Shown: piece by piece, positions 51,801-60,800 of the stretch | Layout: each line of letters starts with the position of its first letter | How positions within the stretch are numbered: the first letter of the stretch is position 1 | Source: an uncultured virus (IMG/VR IMGVR_UViG_3300030117_002316) | Taxonomy: Duplodnaviria; Heunggongvirae; Uroviricota; Caudoviricetes | Direction: 5' to 3' (one strand) | Length of the DNA stretch: 64,000 nt | Virus record (IMG/VR): IMGVR_UViG_3300030117_002316 | Location: 1 to 64,000 of that record | Made by a program: the position numbers and the translations under genes | The notes under the pieces: model-generated | The model's input: the letters and a program-made list of their open reading frames with translations, nothing else | Told to the model about the DNA's origin: nothing | The model's database searches: none

Positions 51801-54800
51801 GCTAAAAGGAATGAGAAAAACCGTAGATCAATTTATTAGTGAACATGTTGCTGCTAATCCAGATACCCCCATTTCTGCTAAACAAGTTATAGATAGACTG
51901 CCTAGATGGTCAAAGTTAAGAAAGAAACTTGAGAGTAACAGAAACAAGGGTGAGTCTTCTATTAATGTTGCTGAATTAAAAACTATGATTGATGAAGATT
52001 TTGCCGACATGAAAAAGAATATTCGAGTAGGAAAGCAAGACCCTAGATACAGAAGATTTAAAAGATCAGACGCTGTTAAAGATAGATATAAAGGTCGGTT
52101 TGCTAATGAAGTTTCTGATAGTGAGATTCTTGATGTGGACTATGATCAAGATTGGTTGGTTCAGAATATTGAAATAGGATCTCCTGTTAAGAGTGGAGCT
52201 TTATTTTCTATAGAACAAGACTCCAAAGCGTTTGCAGAGTTTAAAGCAAACCTATCTGATTTGTCAAATACGGTTGGAGCAATAGACAATGAAGGAACTA
52301 TTTCTGCTTGGAGACTTACTACAAATATGCCTGAGTATTTCTGGGACTTAGGTCTTCCGCTTCACCTTATATTCAGAGAAGCAATGATTGATCCAGAGGG
52401 AACTGAGGGAGCGAGTAAAAAAGGAATTGCTACATATTGGTCAGGCAACGAGGAATTCTCCCACGCTAGGTTTGACTATGCTACGGTAATGAAAATTCTA
52501 AACACATGGCAACAGATTACTAAATCCAGATTGGAAGGAATAGTAGCAGATCACGGTAAGAACATCGCATCAGAACTATTAGAAGAACTTTTAGAAGAAG
52601 GAAGCTCTTCTAATTTACCAAACTTACACAGAACAGTAGAGTTTTTAAATAACGTAATAGAAGCTGATAGAATATTTAACAAAGAACGATTTGAAGCAGA
52701 CGGATTCATTTTAACAGTTGATGAAGAAACTGGATTCCCTGCATCATTTGCTAAACAAACTGACGGCCATAGATTTGTAGGTGCTGTTAAAAAAGCTATC
52801 CACCAAAGAGTTGAAGTTTTAATGGGACGGAGAAAATATCGAGAAGCTCTTCGTGGGTTAATAGGCCTCGATCCAAAGAAAAAATTTGAGCGCGAATCTC
52901 CGGAAGCATTGAATAGTAGAATAGCTCAGGAAACAGCCGACATTACAAGTTATATTATGTCAGAACTTTCAGATCTTTTAAATACAGTGGGACCAGAACA
53001 TCTTAATTATATAGAATATACTATTGAAGGATTTGGTAACGGAGAGATTTCGTGGTCCTCTCCTAAACAAGCGGGGGATGGGATTGTTGATACCATTATT
53101 GGAAAGCTTGTTCCTGAGAAGAGCAGGCTTTCAGGAGTAGGAGAAGTACCAGATATCCCAACTACAGAATCTAGAGTAATAGGACAATCTGTCAGAACTG
53201 CTGCTCCTTTAGAGGCAGATACAAATGCAGCGGCTCCTGTACCTACTTGGGAAATTAGAAGAGCAGTAGAAAATCATAAGTTCAGATTACGGGTTAGGGA
53301 AGTTTTAAAAAGAGCTGAATCAGGTAAACCTTTAACCCAAGCTGAAAAAGATATCTTATATAACAAAGCACACGCTGAATATAAAGAATCTAGACTTAAG
53401 GATAAGATGGATCCAGTAGCTGACGAAATGGATGTATATGTCGTCCCTCAGATTATAGGAGGCCATCTTCAGGAAAGGATAATGACAAGAGGAGAAGCTA
53501 AGGAATTCATGTTAGAGATTTTCTTAGATATGGCTCATGTTAGTTACTCCTTCATTCAAGATGCTCAGACTATTGCTAACGGTGGAACTCTTAGATTTAA
53601 GAATACTGCTGAGAATCCACAGCCACTGGCAATAGCCGGACTAAATGTAGGATACGATAATATTGTTCCTTGGGGACGTTTAGGAGAAACCCTTGCTCTG
53701 GAAGAGATGTCTCCCAATTTAAAGGGGATGACTGAAACAGTAGCTACTGCTCACTTAGCTTGGTTGGCCGAACGTAAAGAAAAATGGTTAGCTAATAATC
53801 CGGGCAAGGAATGGAATATAAATGAAATCCTAAGTGACTCAAATCAAATTGACCAAGTAGGTAGTGGACTCCAGATTACTACATTACTTTCCCGTATAGG
53901 TGATGAGGGGGTTGCTAGACAGCTTGGTGAAATAGAAGCACTATTAGCTGGCGACAATGAAAACAGGTATGAGTTTTTAGATGAGAATGGAGATGCTAAA
54001 GTAGATGAAGACGGAAACTTTATTAGCTTAGCTTTAGAAGATATATACGTTAATAGTGGCTTGGGTGCTGTCGCTGCCATGAGAGGGAAGCATTCTGATA
54101 ATGAGTTTATTCAGGGCTCTGGTCAGTGGAATACCGTAGTATTTAAATGGCTGGCAGACAATAATATCAATACCGCAGAAGATTTTAGAAATGCTCTTGC
54201 TACTATGGAAGGTCAAGAATTAAAGAAGGCTAAGGCTTGTAGAGAATTCTTTAAGATTCCTGTCTTGCGTCGTTTATATGGTGGTGGTCTTGATTCTTGG
54301 AAATTAGAGTTTATTGGGGCAAACCCTAGATCTCGTGAAAAGATAAAAGATTTAGAGGCAGCTTTTGCAGATGAGAATTTAAAGTTTACTGACGAAGAAT
54401 TATTAAACTTAGGTAAGTCTTGGTTAGGCCACGCTGGTAAAACTGTAGGCCATATCCTTGATGCTGCTATGGGCTTTGAGGGCACGATGAGAAAGAAGGC
54501 AATGTCTTTCTATACTCAAGGCAGAAGCTCACAAATGCTTTCTGAGGCGTGGAGAGATATTGTACAATCAACTACGATTCCTGCTAGGGATAGCGAGACT
54601 GCTCAGGGGGCACAGGAGTTGGTAGGTGAGGACGGCGGAATTCATGTTATGGACCGCATCGAGCGTGTTAAGAGAGACTTAGATGCTAAATTAGATTGGT
54701 TGGCTGAGAGAATGCCCGGAGATCCTGATAAAAATAGAATTGAATTAGAAGAAAAGTATCAGGATAGATGGGGTAAAGCAAGAGAGTTTATAGAAGAAGT

Positions 54801-57800
54801 AGAACGCAAGGGTGAGAATTTAAATGACGGCAGCCCTAACTGGGAACGTTTACAGGAAATACTTCACGGTAATACTATGAGTTGGGAAAACATTCGACTG
54901 TTTAGAGCTACGAATATTCTAAACGCAAGTGCATATAGTTTGAATATGCAACGAATGAAGCAAGTAGCTAACGATTTTGGATTCCCTGATTTTGATCCTG
55001 AAGACTGGATGGGACTTGAAAACCAACTATTATTCCACTTAAACCTCCCAACACAACGTTCTCCAAGATCCTATAGTGTAGGTGGATTAGATACTCACGG
55101 TATCTTTGCAAATAGAGTAGCAGTAAATCCTGAAAAGTTTACTGCTTTCATGCAAGAAGCTAAAGAAAGAGTATTGCGAGAAGAGGGACGAGAGTTTACA
55201 AGAGAAGATTTTGAAGAAGCTCTTGGAGACTGGTTAGAAAATAGAGATCCAGATGCTATGGGTATGTTTGATATGAAGGATAATATCTTTAAGGGAGAAA
55301 CTCGAGAAGATGTGGATGCCGAATTAGATAGGCTAATGGATATCGATCAGCTTCTTTATATGGCAGGAGAAGATACTTTAGATCCTAAACTATTCCCAGA
55401 CTACCATGCAGAAAGCAGTGAGATAGCAGTAATAGATAGTTTAAATAGGATGTGGTATGAGCATAATGAAAAAAGATTCCGTACTCCAGAAGGAGAAACT
55501 GATAGGACTATAGCAAGCGAAATAGAGTTTGAGGAAAGAATGTTAGCTAGCGGAGAACACGGCAGGGCTATCTTACTCAACAGAGCTAAAATTCTTGGTG
55601 GTTATAGAAGCTCTAAAGTTGCTAAGGCTATGGGCGGAGCTAAGGTTGAATACCACAGACGAGAATACAGTGCTTCTGAAGCTATTGGAACTAAAGAAGA
55701 ACATGATTTATATATGTCTACCGTAGCTCCTCAGGGTCCGTTGTCTTTAACTCCCAAGTATAAACGAATGTCTTATTTCAATAGAGGAATCCCCGCTCTT
55801 CAAAGAGAAGGAGTTCAGAGACAGATAAACGAAGTAATGGCTCCTATTGCCAGAATTGATCCAACGTTAGCAGATACCGCTATCGATGCAAGAGTAGGAG
55901 ATACTACTAACAAGGGAGTAAGTATCTTTGAAGATCATCCAGCATTGTTAGGATGGAAGCCGCCTTGGAAAAGAGAGAATCTTCCAATGCCAAGACCTAT
56001 CAGGATTGATGAACTGTTAGAGCTTAATATTGATGATGAGATTGGACGCAAGGCTGTTACCATTCTTCAGGATATGAGAGAGTGGGCTTCTCTTAGACCA
56101 GACGTACTTGAAGATTTAGAAAGTCCTGAGGGATTGATATATTGGTACGTTACTAGAGAGATAGAACGTCTTAGAGAATCCCAGCTTAATGATTTGCCCG
56201 CATATGACGATTTTAATACAACGGAAGAAGAAGGGCTTGCTTATGCGAGAAGATATAGAGAGAAGTGGTTGAAGGGCTTACACGATCTTACTCATTTCTC
56301 CAGAGACATTAAATACGGATCAGCTAAGGGATATACTTTGTCTGATAGTGCTAGAGAACTATCGGTCCAAGCTGCAAAGTATGGGGAAGAAAACATTACA
56401 GAGCCAGAATGGTTAGAGCTTTTGACATCTAGAATGTCTGAGAATAATCCTAGAGGTATTGGTTTGTCCTCGCCTACTAGATTAGATAAAGCACTATCGT
56501 TCATTCTTCCTAGAGAAAACGTAATATTAATAAATAAGTTGGGACAGAACGGAGCTAAAATAGAAACAAACGAGTTAAAAATGTTAGCTCAGTTGATACA
56601 GTCTACCGACTTTAATCTCCATCTTTTAAGTGTACTGTATACAAACGAAATACTTCCTAGTGTTTTAAAGGAGTTTACGGTTACTCTTCCAGATGGGAGT
56701 ACAGTTAAACCCTATGCTGATAAGAAGTTTAAAGCCTTAGATAGCGAGGGAAATATACGACGTAACTCTAAGGGTGAAGTAATTGAATTAGCTATGTGGG
56801 AAGATCCTAATCTATGGGAACAATATATAGATCCTAGTCACATCCATGCTATTATCGCTCAAGCTAAAGAGTGGGTAAAGAAGAACGGAAAGGATGACAT
56901 TGTATTTGATACTTTGATTGAGACCCAGATTACAAGTGATCCTAAAGTAGCTGGCGGTAAGATGGAAAAGATGAAAGTACATCTTGCTTCTTCGACTCCT
57001 GATGCTGTTGGTGGCAGGCAAGGATCAAAGCTTATGCCTCACGTAATGGGTGGTAGTGTATTTAGAACTGTCAATACGCAGACCGAAGTTACAGGTAAGG
57101 GAACACTGGCCCTTACTCCAGACAAGGCATTAGAATTATTTGCATACTTAGAATCTATGCCAGTAATTATGAAATCCCGAAGATCTCAGTGGGGGAACAT
57201 TGCACTTGGGTTTGAACGAGATCCGGTAACCGGTCTTCCTAGAGAAGTCCAACCTGTTTCAAGAAGTATTGAAGAAGGTCTTGGACATAGCGAACGAGAG
57301 ATTAGAGAAGCAGAGATTAAACGAAGCAATGCTCTTGAAAGAATCATAGCCACTAAGGAAGAAACAGGAATTAACGTTAGGATGGTTGCAGATGAGACAA
57401 GAACTACTGAGGGTGGTGCTATAGTTCAAGTTGTAGATTTGGATCACTATTCTAAAGGAGACCATGCTGCAAGAATGGGCCGAAGAGATTCTTGGTTTGA
57501 ATCATTCCTTAGTCCGATTGAAAAACAAATTGGATACTTAAAGGCTACAAATATTCATTCAGGAACCTCTCCTGCCTTATTAGCACAACTAGAATCTGTA
57601 GTAGAAGGAGCTAGAGAAGCAAATCTTGCAGACGACGTAGACGGAGATTTAAATGCAGCTGTAGCAATGTGGTTAGGTATTATGCTTCAGTTAGATGATT
57701 GGAATAAGTTTATACAATTAAAATCATACGGACCAATCTTTAAAACTTTCATTGGTCAGGATAGGTTCTCTAAAGCAACCAATGCTGAAGCTTTTGCTCA

Positions 57801-60800
57801 AGCTAAAAAATTAGCCCGACAAATTAGACAGGTTGCGGGAATAGACTGGCGTGGTGGAGGACTTACTGGACAAAGGCATACGAATTTAATAAACGCAATA
57901 AGAGAATGGGCTTCGCATGCCGCAGAGGAAGAGGGATTAAATGCAGAACTTTCTCCATCAGAAAACTTTAAACAGTGGGTAGCAGAAAATAGAAACACTG
58001 TGAGAAAGAGTCTAGGGATAGATGTTGTAGATTGGGAATCATTAGGCTTTACTTTAGAAAACGATGAGTTAGTATTTGAAGGTATTGGAGATAGCAGAGA
58101 TCCGGATGTGCCTGCTGAAGAAGAACTTAGATATATTGTAGAATATGCTATAGGCAAAGAATTATTAGATGTTGAACAAGATAGTAATATCACAACATTT
58201 GAAACCGATGAATCAAGATTAAACTCTACGGGTAAAGATTTAATTCGCTTAGTAAAAGATCCTGATGAATTTAGAAAAGCTGTTAACCGTACTGGAGACA
58301 TGAACCTTCGTCGAGTTGCGTCTGATTTAGATGGACTGGAGGGACAAGTATCCCCTCGAAATCTTGAAAGGCTTAGAGCGTTAGTATCCAGAATGTGGGC
58401 AATCAACCCAATGAATCTTCTTGATTTAGAAATAGGCAGAGACTTTGTAGCTAGAGAAGGAAAGCCTAGAGTAAAAAGATCCGAAGATGGTAAGTTTGTA
58501 ATACGGATGGGAAATAAATTAGACACTCCCCTTAATGACCCAAATGTTGCGTTAGTATTTGCGCACGAACTAAGTCATATGGGTAGAATGAAGTGGGTAG
58601 CAGATAATAGTGGAACATGGAGACAGTGGGTAGATCTCTATCACAGTAAGGCAGGAAGAACTCTATTAGCTAAAATTGTTCAAGCTTGGCACGGAGGACA
58701 GTGGACAGCTGTTGCTGAACAGGAATATAATTCCTACTTGAAAGATCCAGAAGAATTTATAGCTGCGTTAACTTCTTATTATTTAGTTAACGATTCCCTT
58801 CCTGCTCTTGAATTAGACGAGAACGAAGGCAGAGTTCTGGGAAGGGCTGATTCTATTATTGATCGTATTTTAGATTTTGTAAGACAGCATTTCTTAAGAG
58901 TAGCTTCAGTCCTTACAAACTTCCACTACGAAGATCCTAAACTTGCAGGACATGTTGAATCCTTAATACAGAAAACACTGGGATGGGATCCTGAAGGAAA
59001 GAAAGCATTCACTGAAATACAAAACGAAGGTACTACTCGTGAAATGTTCTGGGATAAAAGATTTGAAGATCCTGCTAATGATTATATCTATAGCTTAGAT
59101 GAGCTTCAAACAAAAATCAAAGAGCACAGTGACTTGGCTGAATTGGGAGAAGACAGAGACGATGCCCAAGATTCTAGATTTCTTAGATTAGATGAAGAGC
59201 TTAATGATCCAAGATCTGGTGCAGATCACATGCTGGCAGCAGGGCTTTCAAGATATGATTATGAAATAGCCCATGCAGAAAATATGGAAAGATTTGCTGG
59301 TCCTAACGGAACGCTAGACTTATCCGCTATGATGAAATCTATTGATACAAGTAGAGGAGACGCTGTAAACATGACAAGTATGGCGGCTGCTTTACAGTAC
59401 GCTATGACAAAATTAGATGACACATACGGTGCTCAATTCCGTCAGGGTGGTGGCGTTGTTCTTCATAAGATTATGAAGGCGGCAACAATGATGCTATCTA
59501 TGGGACACGGAGATCCTGTTAAGTGGGCTAGAGGATTAGCAGACTTAACCGTAGGTAAAACAGGAGCTAACCATACTTGGAATGGTCCTCATCCTTTTGA
59601 GGCATTATTGACAATGTTAATAAATGATGACATTGCTACAACTATTGGACAGTACACTAATGTACGGGGTACACCGTCTGTTAATCGTAATGTTGTGGGA
59701 ATGATTGCTACATATCAGGAAAGAATCATAGCGTCCCAAACAAAAATCACAAACTTGCTCCAGCCTTGGATGACTAAATTCTTAGGACACGAGGCACACT
59801 TTACAACAAAGGCCAAAGAAAGAAGTGCAAAAATTTGGGATGCTGTTTACTTTGAAATTATGCGCAAGACCGAAAACCCAAACCACGAAGTAGAACTATC
59901 AAAGCTTGTTGAAGATGGCATGGGAGTAGAGTTAGCTGGTAAGATTAAAACAGAAATAGAAAATATTGCTTTATCATTGTCTAAGTTTATGCAGGACTAT
60001 ATGGTTGCGGGCAAAGAACTTGGGGTTATCAGTGAGCACACAGCAGACGATACTCACACCCTTCCCTACAAAATGACAAAACGTTTAAACGAATACGATG
60101 CTAGATCTGGATTTATGAATAACATGGGTACAATGCTTCAAGATAAAATCATAAACACAGAAGAATTAATAGATCCTGTCGTAATGTATTGTGGAGGTCT
60201 TCTTCCTAGATTTGATACTCTTAAAGGTCTTAAGAATGATTTAGAAGAAATAAAGAATGTAGATAACGGAAGCCTATTCCAGATGATTGCTTATAAGGCA
60301 GCAGAAGCTGCTAATAAAGCAGAAGGTAAGGACATAGAAGACAGAGCAATAGTGGCAGGTAGAAAGCAGGCTGTTGTTAATCAGTTATATTCTGCGGATG
60401 ATCACGTTGCTACAAATGCTTTAGAACACTTTAGACAGGGTGTTTTAACAATCATGCGGGAAATGGGACATAAGAGACTTACTGTAAGTGAACTTAAGAA
60501 TGACCATAATATTAATTGGGATGCTTTTAAAGATAGGTATGAAAGAGCTGCTTCTAAAAATCATGTAGTCCAAGGAGACAGAATACAGGCATTAGACAGC
60601 CCAGCATTGGATGCAATAGTTCCAGACTCTATTCACTACTCCCCCGGAAGAACAACCGCAAGAAAACACCATGTAATGAAAATTAGAAACGCAGTAGATC
60701 TTCACTTACATAACTTAATGAATCGTGCGTCCGCAGGTATGTACTATACTTGGGATATGTGGTCTATGCCTACTGTTCTTGAAGCAGCCTCTGATCCAGT

